Shown piece by piece: positions 20,460-28,811 of a DNA stretch of 64,000 nt; position 1 is the first letter of the stretch, and the number at the start of each line of letters is the position of its first letter. The notes below the pieces were generated by a model. It saw only the letters and a program-made list of their open reading frames with translations, had not been told where the DNA came from and did no database searches. The stretch comes from an uncultured delta proteobacterium. GTDB taxonomy: Bacteria > Desulfobacterota > Syntrophobacteria > Syntrophobacterales > Syntrophobacteraceae. The position numbers and the translations under genes were made by a program. The stretch spans positions 32,001-96,000 of the forward strand of contig CAWEHK010000050.1 of NCBI GenBank assembly GCA_963808625.1, written 5' to 3'.

Positions 20460-20759
20460 CTAAGGCATCTTGAGAAGACGTTCGCTTCGCCAAACTCGCA
20501 CAATGCGAACCCGGATGTCATCGAACCGATAAACGATACGAAAAGGTGGGTATAGGATCTCTCTCAAATGAGCAACTCCAAACTCAGGCACAACGCGACC
20601 GCTTTCAGGGAAGTCTGCAAGTCGCTGCACCTGGGAAACCACTTCTCCCAACAATCGTTCGCCCACGTCAGGAACTTGCTGCTCAGCATACCACTCGCGT
20701 ATTTCTTCAAGATCCGTGACTGCCGATGCCGCGAATGTGATTTGGAGTCTCCGAGGCAT
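20460..20759 (-). CDS. RelE/ParE family toxin
   Basis: A.TDLEEI..WY...L.DFPESGRVVPEF...RE....PFRIVY; immediately after the antitoxin. Confidence 0.9.
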   Translation of the reverse strand: MPRRLQITFAASAVTDLEEIREWYAEQQVPDVGERLLGEVVSQVQRLADFPESGRVVPEFGVAHLREILYPPFRIVYRFDDIRVRIVRVWRSERLLKMP

Positions 20760-20763
20760 GATT

Positions 20764-21039
20764 TCAACCCAAGCCGAGATGCTTTTTGACGTCGGAAAGA
20801 TTCATTTCTCGGCCCTCTTCCAGGTCCATCAATCCTTGGACTACGCCACGCAGGAACGCCCGCTCTTCAACTTCCGTTTCGTATTCCTTAAGTGATTGGA
20901 CAACGGCAACGCCTCGCCCCCTGTTGGTCAAGAGCACCGGTCTATGAGTTTTACCGACCTGATTAACAACTCGACCGGGATTAACCTTCATATCGCTCAA
21001 TGGAACGATGTCTTCGGAGAATTTGGTGGATGTTCGCAT
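20764..21039 (-). CDS. Phd/YefM family antitoxin
   Basis: EDIVPLSDMK...RPVLLTNRGRGVAVVQSL.EYE; AAGGAGGAG RBS. Confidence 0.9.
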   Translation of the reverse strand: MRTSTKFSEDIVPLSDMKVNPGRVVNQVGKTHRPVLLTNRGRGVAVVQSLKEYETEVEERAFLRGVVQGLMDLEEGREMNLSDVKKHLGLG

Positions 21040-21239
21040 AACTCCTCCTTAAGAGTCCTTTTTAGAGCGCAAATAATAGCACCTGTTAAATAGCCTGGCA
21101 AGGACTCAACTTACCATACCCATTAAGTGCCACTCTAAGCCTAAAAAAACCGCCCCAGACCGGTCTTTAACTGTAAACGCGCCTAACTTGGGTTGGTCCC
21201 GCCCTGTTCGCCTCCCGAGTGTAACCCCCTGGTTGGGCA

Positions 21240-21660
21240 TGCTGTTGAGACAAAGAGACGCACCTGTGCTACTGGCTGGCCTTGGTTGCCTTGCAGACGG
21301 ACTCGCACGTCCATAGCCCCAACTGTTGGCGGGCGCTCAGCGTCTGTTCCGTGAAAAGGCAATTGCAGTTGCGACGGATTCTTTCGATTCAGTTCTGCGT
21401 CGGAACCGATTTCTTCGAAGCGACTTGTAATATCGTCTACAGGCCCCAGTTTTACTCCAATCCATCGACGCCGTTTGATTTCAGCCACTACGTAGGTGGT
21501 CCCTGAACCACCGAACGGGTCAAAGATGATATCTCCCTCTTCGGAAGCCATCTGCATAATTCTATCGATCAGCTTAACGGGGACAGTTCATTGGAACCTC
21601 TGCGCTTCTTGTATTTGGAATGACGCACAGGAGCGATATCCATCCAGACATCAGTCAATT
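21240..21660 (-). pseudogene. C-terminal fragment of a beta-class amino-methyltransferase (N4/N6)
   Basis: LTDVWMDIAPVRHSKYKKR..NELS, then GDIIFDPFGGSGTT..AE...RRWIG (SAM-binding motif I); catalytic N-terminal half absent; boundaries approximate. Confidence 0.8.
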
Positions 21661-22135
21661 CATCAGTAAGATGTTCATCGCCCTGCCCCGTTGCAGCCCA
21701 TTGCTTATGCCTCACCTCGAAATAGGAATCATCCAACAATTGAATGAACCAATTGATCGTACACTCTTTCGACTTCCAACTCGTGATCACGGCTTTTCTT
21801 GTTCTCCCGGCTATCACGATGGTTAACAGCACAATCAGGACCACAACAGCCATCAGGGCAAACACAGGAACACTCCGCCCTGAAAATGAGGGAATCGCCA
21901 AGATAAATCCCAGAGACGATAGAATGAGACTCAGAAATGCTTTGTTCCGCTGATGCGCAAAATCGGTAATCGCTGAGTGATCGAACAAAGCCCGAATGAC
22001 TCCGGGTTGATCACTCCAAATGCAACTGCTGTTGATTACTGACGTTGGGGCAACACTGAGTACCCCCCAAAGCGCCACGATAGCGCCGAGGGTGATGAAG
22101 CACCTGGAGAGGAACGGATATGAGATCGTGACCAT
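21660..22135 (-). pseudogene. Truncated hypothetical membrane protein fused to the methyltransferase remnant
   Basis: Three hydrophobic segments in ORF 21569-22213, whose last ~30 aa are methyltransferase sequence. Confidence 0.5.
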
Positions 22136-22221
22136 TGGAAAAAGCTCTCCGCCTACAGGTTGGCCCGCGGTTGAACGCTGAGAAGCCCAACAAAGGGAAA
22201 GGTTGCTCATCAATGCTATGT

Positions 22222-22400
22222 TCAGAATAATTTGACGTTTTCCATGGGTGATTCGGTCGGGTGTGGGAAAGTCCCGTGCTGGAATCCATAAACGATGGGT
22301 GCAAGCGCCAGCACCACGATGCCGACGATGACGGTGAGCGGCAGCCCCACTTTGGCAAAATCAATGAAACGGTATCCGCGCGGTCCCTGGACCATCAGAC
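22222..22400 (-). pseudogene. C-terminal fragment of an SLC13/DASS-type permease
   Basis: LMVQGPRGYRFIDFAKVGLPL...LAPIVYGF resembles the family C-terminus; truncated exactly at the 22401 repeat. Confidence 0.7.
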
Positions 22401-22658
22401 GGTCACGGTTATCGCACCGCTGCTGCCCGTGTTTACCATCTTCATCATGCAAAAGTCGCCATTACGCGGTAACTGATGCAGGGGAGAAGATGCCACCCTT
22501 TTTCCTCCTTCTGGAGTGGGTCCAAGCCGCGAACGGAAAATCCCGATGGAATTCCGAACATCAGGGAAGGATTCCGCGAAGCTGGACCAAAAAGGGCGGA
22601 AGAGACTTTGCGTCTTTACCGCCCTGAAGTTGACCGGATGGTTGAGAAAACCGATTCG

Positions 22659-23081
22659 CTACCGCTTGACGATGAGAACAGGAGTCTTGCACTTGCGAAC
22701 CACCTTCTCGGCAGTCGAGCCCATCAGCATTTCAACGATATTGCTCTTCCCATGGGAACCCATGATGAGCAGAGAAAGATCACTCACTTCCTTTTCCATT
22801 TCCAGAATTTCCTTGAACGGGACTCCCACCCGAGTGGTGGTCTGCACCTTAAGTCCAAACCCTTCCAATTCCTTGGCCAGGGCCTCCATGCTGTTCTTGG
22901 ATTCCTCCTCCAACTGGCTCCTGATCGAATCGACATACCCCGCCTCGATCAGAGTCCGGTTATCGATCACATGAAGAGCGATCACCTCCTCAGCGCCACC
23001 CGCTTTCAACTGTTTGAGGTATTCCAGTGCCTTCCTGGAGATTGGCGAAAAGTCCGTAGGGAAAAGAATTTTCTTGAACAT
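22659..23081 (-). CDS. Universal stress protein
   Basis: FKKILFPTDFS, IMGSHGKS....LMGSTAEKVVR...PVLIVK. Confidence 0.95.
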   Translation of the reverse strand: MFKKILFPTDFSPISRKALEYLKQLKAGGAEEVIALHVIDNRTLIEAGYVDSIRSQLEEESKNSMEALAKELEGFGLKVQTTTRVGVPFKEILEMEKEVSDLSLLIMGSHGKSNIVEMLMGSTAEKVVRKCKTPVLIVKR

Positions 23082-23276
23082 CTTTATTCCTCCATTTCTT
23101 TAAAGAAGCAGAACTTGACAGTGGAGATTTCGGCGCATGGAACGCAGGGCTGAATGTGAAACCGAGCGTCTGCACCGTACCTTTGGAAACACAAGTAACA
23201 AGCACTCCGCAGCAGCAGACAAGGGGAACACATGCCTCCCCCCATATTGAGCGGCGGCAACCTTTGCCTTCACGAA

Positions 23277-23675
23277 TCACTCCATGGGTTCGTCAAAGCC
23301 CCACGGGCCCCACATCCCCCAATCCATGTCCATGTTCGTAGTCGTTTGTGCGGAATAGAGTTCTTCCCTGGCGATCTGCTTCTCGAGGGCAAATCTCTGG
23401 AAGCGTTGATAGGCCTTCTCGTTGCCGAGGTACATACATTTGCAGGCGGTCGCATCGGCATACAGGTAAATCATCCTGCCGTTCTTTACACCAGGCATCA
23501 CCTTTTGTTGGGGGAGGCCCTGCAACGCAGCAAGTTTCTCGGGGGTATCGGCGAGTTTCATCCTGAAGCCCGCCGCCGCCAGCATTTGTTCCTTATCCAG
23601 AGTTTCGCCTTTTTGAGTGGTCGCACAACCAATCAGAGTAATGGCTATCATTAAACCAATCGCCATGCTCTTCAT
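23277..23675 (-). CDS. Hypothetical lipoprotein
   Basis: Lipobox LIGC; EQMLAAAGF, CKC.Y.G...AYQRF; GGAG RBS. Confidence 0.75.
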   Translation of the reverse strand: MKSMAIGLMIAITLIGCATTQKGETLDKEQMLAAAGFRMKLADTPEKLAALQGLPQQKVMPGVKNGRMIYLYADATACKCMYLGNEKAYQRFQRFALEKQIAREELYSAQTTTNMDMDWGMWGPWGFDEPME

Positions 23676-23786
23676 AAGACAGTCTCCTTTCACTCACGCC
23701 ACTCCCGTTATCCTGCTCTCATTCCCCCGGCCGGCATGGAAGCAAGTCAGCGCTTCTCGACCGTCGGCCGGGGGTCTCCGTGCGGC

Positions 23787-24320
23787 TCACCTCTCCACGG
23801 GATCGGCCCAGATGGACGTGGGGCTCTCACCCCCTCCGCCGAATACCTGGCCATTGTAAGTAAATGCCATGCAGGTAGCCCGCGGGGGCAGGAGCACCGG
23901 GGTGTTGAAATTTATTGAACTGGAGGAACTCTGATCCGAGGCTGCGGTCAATCCTTGCTGCATCAGAACTCTTCCCTGGGCGTCACCAAGCAGCAAGCCC
24001 AGATCGAAAGAGGCTACGGAATTGAAGTTCATGGTAATGGCAGAACCGAACTGCACCGTTCCGCTCATCTGGAGATTGCCGCCGGACACGGTGTATTGGT
24101 AATTCACCGTAACGTAGCCATCGGAAAACTGCCCGGACTGCGGCCCTGTCTTAACGAGCTTGATCTGAGCCGCCGGCTTGATGGTCTGTCCCTTAGCGCT
24201 GGTAGACAACATGGTTCCCTGACAGCCGGTCAGGAAGACCCCCACCACCAACAGCGCCAGAAGAACGCCACTCAGATGCTTCATCCTGTAAAACTGAATC
24301 GATGCCCTTGGCGACTTCAT
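23787..24320 (-). CDS. Hypothetical lipoprotein
   Basis: Lipobox LTGC, beta-rich body; GGAGG RBS. Confidence 0.7.
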   Translation of the reverse strand: MKSPRASIQFYRMKHLSGVLLALLVVGVFLTGCQGTMLSTSAKGQTIKPAAQIKLVKTGPQSGQFSDGYVTVNYQYTVSGGNLQMSGTVQFGSAITMNFNSVASFDLGLLLGDAQGRVLMQQGLTAASDQSSSSSINFNTPVLLPPRATCMAFTYNGQVFGGGGESPTSIWADPVER

Positions 24321-24449
24321 GTTTCTGCCTCCCTTTGCTGAAATCATCTTATCCTATACCGCATCATCCCGCAATCGCCACCGAGAGCGGGCGGACGGTC
24401 TCACTCTTTCTCAAGGGTACCAAAGCCTCCGGGCAATCTCTGCCCTTCC

Positions 24450-25973
24450 TCACTCCGGGGAGGCCAATGCCTGAGCCAATGGGCTCTTGCGCTCTTTAGG
24501 CGGCTCTTCCATCGCCCCATACGAGGCCGCCGGTGCGGCGTCGAAACTGCCCCCCAGGGCGAGGTGCAGATTGATCCGATTGGCGAGCAGAGATTGCCGC
24601 AGCTTGATCAGCGTCGCCTGGCTCGCAAGCTGAACTTCCTGAAGCTGAAGCACCGACAGCATGTCCATGGAGCCGGCCACGTATTTCAGTCTGGCGATTT
24701 GCACAGCCTCGGTGCGTTCCTTGAAAACCTTTTCGTCGTACGGGAGGCTTTGGGCAAAGAGGTCCTCGTTCATCAATGCGTTTTCCACCTCGCGGAACGC
24801 GATCAGGGCAACGCCGCCGTAATGAGCCACCGCCTGTTCCTGCTGGGCGGTAGCGATCTTGATCTGAGCCACCAACGCCCCGCCCTGGTAAATCGGCACC
24901 GTCATGCCGATGGCGCTGTGGAAAAGCCACGGGTTGAGGAACAGAAGGGAGAGCATGCGGTCGCCCAGGTGCCCTCCCTCCAGGGTGAGCGAGATGTTAG
25001 GAAGGAGCGCCAATTGTGCGGCTTCCTGTGTGCGGAATGCAGCCAACACCTGGCGCTCGGCAGAGACCAGGTCCGGCCGCCGTGCAAGCAGCGAGGAAGG
25101 GAGCCCTGCAGGCACAGGTGGAGGCAGCGGCGCGAAGGTATCACTCACCTCCAGTTCCGCCGCGGGATAACGCCCGACGAGCACCTCCAGGTTGCGTCGT
25201 GCCGCCCCGTACAAACTCTGGGCGAGGCGAAGCCGGCTCTGGGCTTCATTGAGGTTTGCGCTCGCCTCCGCCACATCGAGGTCGGCGACCTTGCCTGCGG
25301 TTCTTCTCACTTTCACCAGGTTGAGAAGCTCAGCATAGATGGCGACGCTCCGCTCAGCGAGTGCAAGGAGTTGGCGAGCTTCGATGGTCAGGTACCAGCT
25401 TTTGGCCGTTGTCGCTGCCAACGATTGGCGGGCGAAAGCATAATCCAGGGCGGTGGCCTGAAAGCTGGCCTCGGCGGCAGCCCGCTGCGCCCTCAGCCGT
25501 CCCCAAAGGTCGATCTCCCAGGAGATCAACCCATATTCCGTGTTGCTATCGGAGCGTTTGCTCTCAGCTGGATCGCGCGTGACGGAGGCGCCGATCACCG
25601 CATTGACCTGCGGCTTCAGTTTGGAGCCGATCACCACGACATTCTGCTGTGCCACCTCCACCTGGCTGGCGGCCTGGCGCAGATTCAGGTTGTTTCTGAT
25701 GGCCTCGGCGGCCACAGCGTCGAGGCCGGGGTCGTTAAAAAACTTCAACCAGTCGTTGGTGACCTCACCATCCGCTCCCGAATCGCTGCTCCAAACCGGG
25801 GGAATCGTGGTCCCCTGGGGCAAGGCTTTGACCACCAGCTCCGCAGACGAGGGCGGCCTGGTGAGGGCACAGCCCGAAAGCGCCGTCGCCAGCGCGCACC
25901 ACACCGCCAGCGCCGACCACCCGGCTGCCAGGATAGCCCATTGTTTGATTTTGCGTTTACGGGATTTCACCAT
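24450..25973 (-). CDS. Outer-membrane efflux factor (NodT/OprM family lipoprotein)
   Basis: LSGC lipobox, SWEIDLWGRLR, GLPSSLL.RRPD, AFREVENAL, LALGG. Confidence 0.92.
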   Translation of the reverse strand: MVKSRKRKIKQWAILAAGWSALAVWCALATALSGCALTRPPSSAELVVKALPQGTTIPPVWSSDSGADGEVTNDWLKFFNDPGLDAVAAEAIRNNLNLRQAASQVEVAQQNVVVIGSKLKPQVNAVIGASVTRDPAESKRSDSNTEYGLISWEIDLWGRLRAQRAAAEASFQATALDYAFARQSLAATTAKSWYLTIEARQLLALAERSVAIYAELLNLVKVRRTAGKVADLDVAEASANLNEAQSRLRLAQSLYGAARRNLEVLVGRYPAAELEVSDTFAPLPPPVPAGLPSSLLARRPDLVSAERQVLAAFRTQEAAQLALLPNISLTLEGGHLGDRMLSLLFLNPWLFHSAIGMTVPIYQGGALVAQIKIATAQQEQAVAHYGGVALIAFREVENALMNEDLFAQSLPYDEKVFKERTEAVQIARLKYVAGSMDMLSVLQLQEVQLASQATLIKLRQSLLANRINLHLALGGSFDAAPAASYGAMEEPPKERKSPLAQALASPE

Positions 25974-26000
25974 TCTCTTCTCGCCACTGCCTCCAGCTCA

Positions 26001-27152
26001 TCAAAAAGGAAGCGGATACAGCCAGTTGAGCCACGAATAGGTGCGGATAACGATCCGGCGAAGACCGGCAAAGCCTCCGCCTTTCGTGTAAATCGCGGCG
26101 GCCCCCTGGGCGCCGATGGGAAACTTGGACTGGTCCAGGTCATCCATCAGGATGGCCACGGCGAAGCGCCCCTGGGGCATTTCCGGCGGCTGCGGTTGGA
26201 ACTTGGGAAGGGAACCGCTCGGCAGCATCTGCCCTGCACCGCTCCCTCGCCAGATGCTCTCCACCTTCCCCTTGAAGATTTGGCCGGGGCAGAGGTTGAG
26301 CGCGATTTCCAGGGGCTGCCCGGCTTTCACGTATTTGAGGCTTTCCTGAGAGTAGGTGGCGAGCAGATATCGGTCGGCGTCGCAGATGAACGAAGCGATC
26401 GCACCGATACGCCAGTCACCCGACACCATTCCCGACCGGACCTGCAGATTGAAGATGCGGCCGTCCTCAGGGGCCACCAGGGTGGTGTTGTCCAGGTAGT
26501 AGAGGGCCTGATCGAGCTGGGCCTGAATTGCGGCCACCGTAGTGTTCACGCCGTCAATCTGAGATTCGTAGCGGAGGCGGGCGCGCTCGACTTCCGCCAG
26601 TGCTTCCTTGACGGCAGCCTCCTGCACCTTCACCTGGGCGGTCCACTTCTGGAGATCTTCTTCAGTGCCGGCGCCCCTCTTCGCCAGATCCCGGGCCAGC
26701 AATTGTTGATAATTCGCATACTCGAGCTCGCTCTTCGCCTTGGCGACCTTCTGCACCGCTACTTCTACATCGGCCTTGAGCACCCGGACGTTTTGTTTGG
26801 CTTCAGCGAGCTTGGCCTCGAGTTGCTTGACCTGGTACTCGTAGGGTCGCCGGTCGAACTGGAAGAGCGGCTGTCCCTTCGTGACCGGGACGTTGGGCTC
26901 AACCAATACCTCGGTGACGAGGGTCGGCTCGGGCAGGCGCGGGACGAGCTGGATGGTGTGCTGGATCATCTTCGCATCCGTCGAGTAGGGCGTCACAAAC
27001 CGCAACCCGATGACAAAGATGAGAAACACATGTATGCCGACGAAGGCCGAAACGAGGCCCCAGAGGATGCTGAACTTGATCAGCTTGAACCGGAAGAAAA
27101 CCAGCCAGACGATGAGAAGGTAGCCAAAGGTTATGAGCAGTGCCAGAACCAT
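26001..27152 (-). CDS. HlyD family periplasmic adaptor (YibH/YiaV-like)
   Basis: Two N-terminal TM helices, V.KGQPLFQ.D..PY lipoyl half, coiled coil, TLVAP.DG.I.NL. Confidence 0.88.
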   Translation of the reverse strand: MVLALLITFGYLLIVWLVFFRFKLIKFSILWGLVSAFVGIHVFLIFVIGLRFVTPYSTDAKMIQHTIQLVPRLPEPTLVTEVLVEPNVPVTKGQPLFQFDRRPYEYQVKQLEAKLAEAKQNVRVLKADVEVAVQKVAKAKSELEYANYQQLLARDLAKRGAGTEEDLQKWTAQVKVQEAAVKEALAEVERARLRYESQIDGVNTTVAAIQAQLDQALYYLDNTTLVAPEDGRIFNLQVRSGMVSGDWRIGAIASFICDADRYLLATYSQESLKYVKAGQPLEIALNLCPGQIFKGKVESIWRGSGAGQMLPSGSLPKFQPQPPEMPQGRFAVAILMDDLDQSKFPIGAQGAAAIYTKGGGFAGLRRIVIRTYSWLNWLYPLPF

Positions 27153-27164
27153 GGCAAGGGTATC

Positions 27165-27545
27165 CTATTTATGCGGTTCATTGCGTGAAGGGGTTGGCGG
27201 ATCTTTGGGCCCCGGTGTTTTTTGCGCTTCAGTCTTGCCGGTGAGCCTGGCGATTTCCTCCTCGATGTTCCGAGCCTCCTCCCTGGGGAAGGAGCGGACG
27301 TCAATGACGTTGGTCGGCTTGAACGCCCAGATCAAGGCCTGGATCCACGGCACGATCGCCAGGAAACCGACCCAGCCCATCAGGTTCACCGCCTCGGCCT
27401 CCGGGTGCCTGCGGGCCAGGGCGATGCGGCCCGGCAAGCCGAGAATGAACACGCCGACGGCCAACACCGCAATCACACAGGCAAAGATCGCCCCAAACGT
27501 GAGGTAATCCCAGATGTCGGGCTGAAAGCCCAGCATAGCCAGCAT
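27165..27545 (-). CDS. DUF3302 (YibI/YiaW-like) membrane protein
   Basis: DY.TF...LPGRIALARRHPEAEAVNLMGWVG...W..ALIWA pattern, upstream of HlyD. Confidence 0.8.
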   Translation of the reverse strand: MLAMLGFQPDIWDYLTFGAIFACVIAVLAVGVFILGLPGRIALARRHPEAEAVNLMGWVGFLAIVPWIQALIWAFKPTNVIDVRSFPREEARNIEEEIARLTGKTEAQKTPGPKDPPTPSRNEPHK

Positions 27546-27597
27546 AGCGTGCTTCTCCTTTCTCCATATCCAAGGGCCCCACGGCGCATCTGCTACT

Positions 27598-27822
27598 TCA
27601 GGGTTTCGATGGCACCGCTGAGCCCTGACTACCGCTTTCCGTCCTGGTCACCGGCACCACCGAATCATCCAGGGTCAGCACGTACATCCCTATTGCCGCC
27701 AGCATCAGGGCGATGACCAACCACGTCCGCCAGTCTTTGTGAAATTCTCCCTTGGCCGAGGTTTCTGGCCCCGAAGAAATCGGTTTCCGGTTCTTTGACT
27801 TTTTGGAGCCTGCTGGAGTCAT
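27598..27822 (-). CDS. Small single-TM protein
   Basis: HKDWRTWLVIALMLAAIGMYVLTLDDS; same strand as the efflux cluster. Confidence 0.6.
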   Translation of the reverse strand: MTPAGSKKSKNRKPISSGPETSAKGEFHKDWRTWLVIALMLAAIGMYVLTLDDSVVPVTRTESGSQGSAVPSKP

Positions 27823-28699
27823 TCCGGGATATCCCCTATCCTTTGAGTTGATGAGAAGTTTCAACGCTCTTACCACCAGTGGGAGGAGACCTGCCATTTC
27901 CCTCCCGACTAGTGTCGAGCTTCAGCCATGGATGTCATCAACCGTCATTCCCGAAAGCTTCTCGTCGGCAACCCAGCTTTTGACCTTTTAAAAGCTGGAT
28001 TCCCGCTCAAAAACCCTGCGGGTTGACAGTTGGTTACAGCCATGGCTGAAGCTCGACACTGATCGGGTCTTTCCATGTCCCCGGCACTCCAGAACACCTC
28101 GATCCTAAAGCGCTCATCAGCTAATGCATTCGGGCCTTCTTGATCCCTGATAAGGCGGATTGGAATCACAGCGGCATGCTCCTGTGGAGTTGATTCGCTT
28201 TGCCTGGTGGTGAAGCATGGATTCAAATCAGGTTCACGAAAAGATTCTGCCATTGATTCAAAAAGGGCTTCTCATGGGGTTATTGAAAGAAAGGCAGAGC
28301 CATTGCTGACCCTGCCCGCTGCAAAAGGTATGGTGTAAAACACTGGCGGCATTAAAAGATGGGCGAGGTTAAAAAAAGGTTAAAATTGCGCAAGCGGCAA
28401 GCTGGCTCCTGGCGTGGCTGAGGGGATCATCCCCGCCGTGAAAAGTTCCAAAAGTTAGAGAAATGATGCGCAACAGGCCGTGTTTTTTTCTGCGGTAGGC
28501 TGCTTAAATGGAGCCCCCTCATGGGACTCGCTAAATACAACAATGCAACCGGAGCACTGAATCATCCTGTGGTGCAGGCTTTCCAGCCTGCCAGTGGGAT
28601 GGCAGGCTGGAAAGCCTGCACCACATAATCAGATGCTGCCTATTTGGGGGCAGCCACTAATCAAAAGAACCGCAAAACCATTTCTATCATCAGCGCGGC

Positions 28700-28768
28700 G
28701 CGCTCCGCACCTCACCCTGCACGCCGCCTGCTACGCTTCGGCGGCGTGCAGGGTGAGGTGCGGAGCGC
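28700..28768. other. Perfect 29-bp-stem hairpin, 11-nt loop
   Basis: GCGCTCCGCACCTCACCCTGCACGCCGCC-TGCTACGCTTC-GGCGGCGTGCAGGGTGAGGTGCGGAGCGC. Confidence 0.95.
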
Positions 28769-28811
28769 CATCCGGTGCGTGGTAAAAAAACGTTGCCAAG
28801 GGTCCAAGGGC

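Larger units (their letters stand above)
20101..22480. mobile_element. Degraded 2.3-kb island bounded by an 80-bp direct repeat of the transporter 3' end
   Basis: 20101-20180 and 22401-22480 match at 69/80 nt; the interior holds a TA pair and gene fragments. Confidence 0.65.

Noticed and set aside
27900..28690. DGR template repeat or RT downstream of the FGE gene
   Set aside because: No AAC-rich copy of the variable region and no RT motifs found by eye here or elsewhere in the window.
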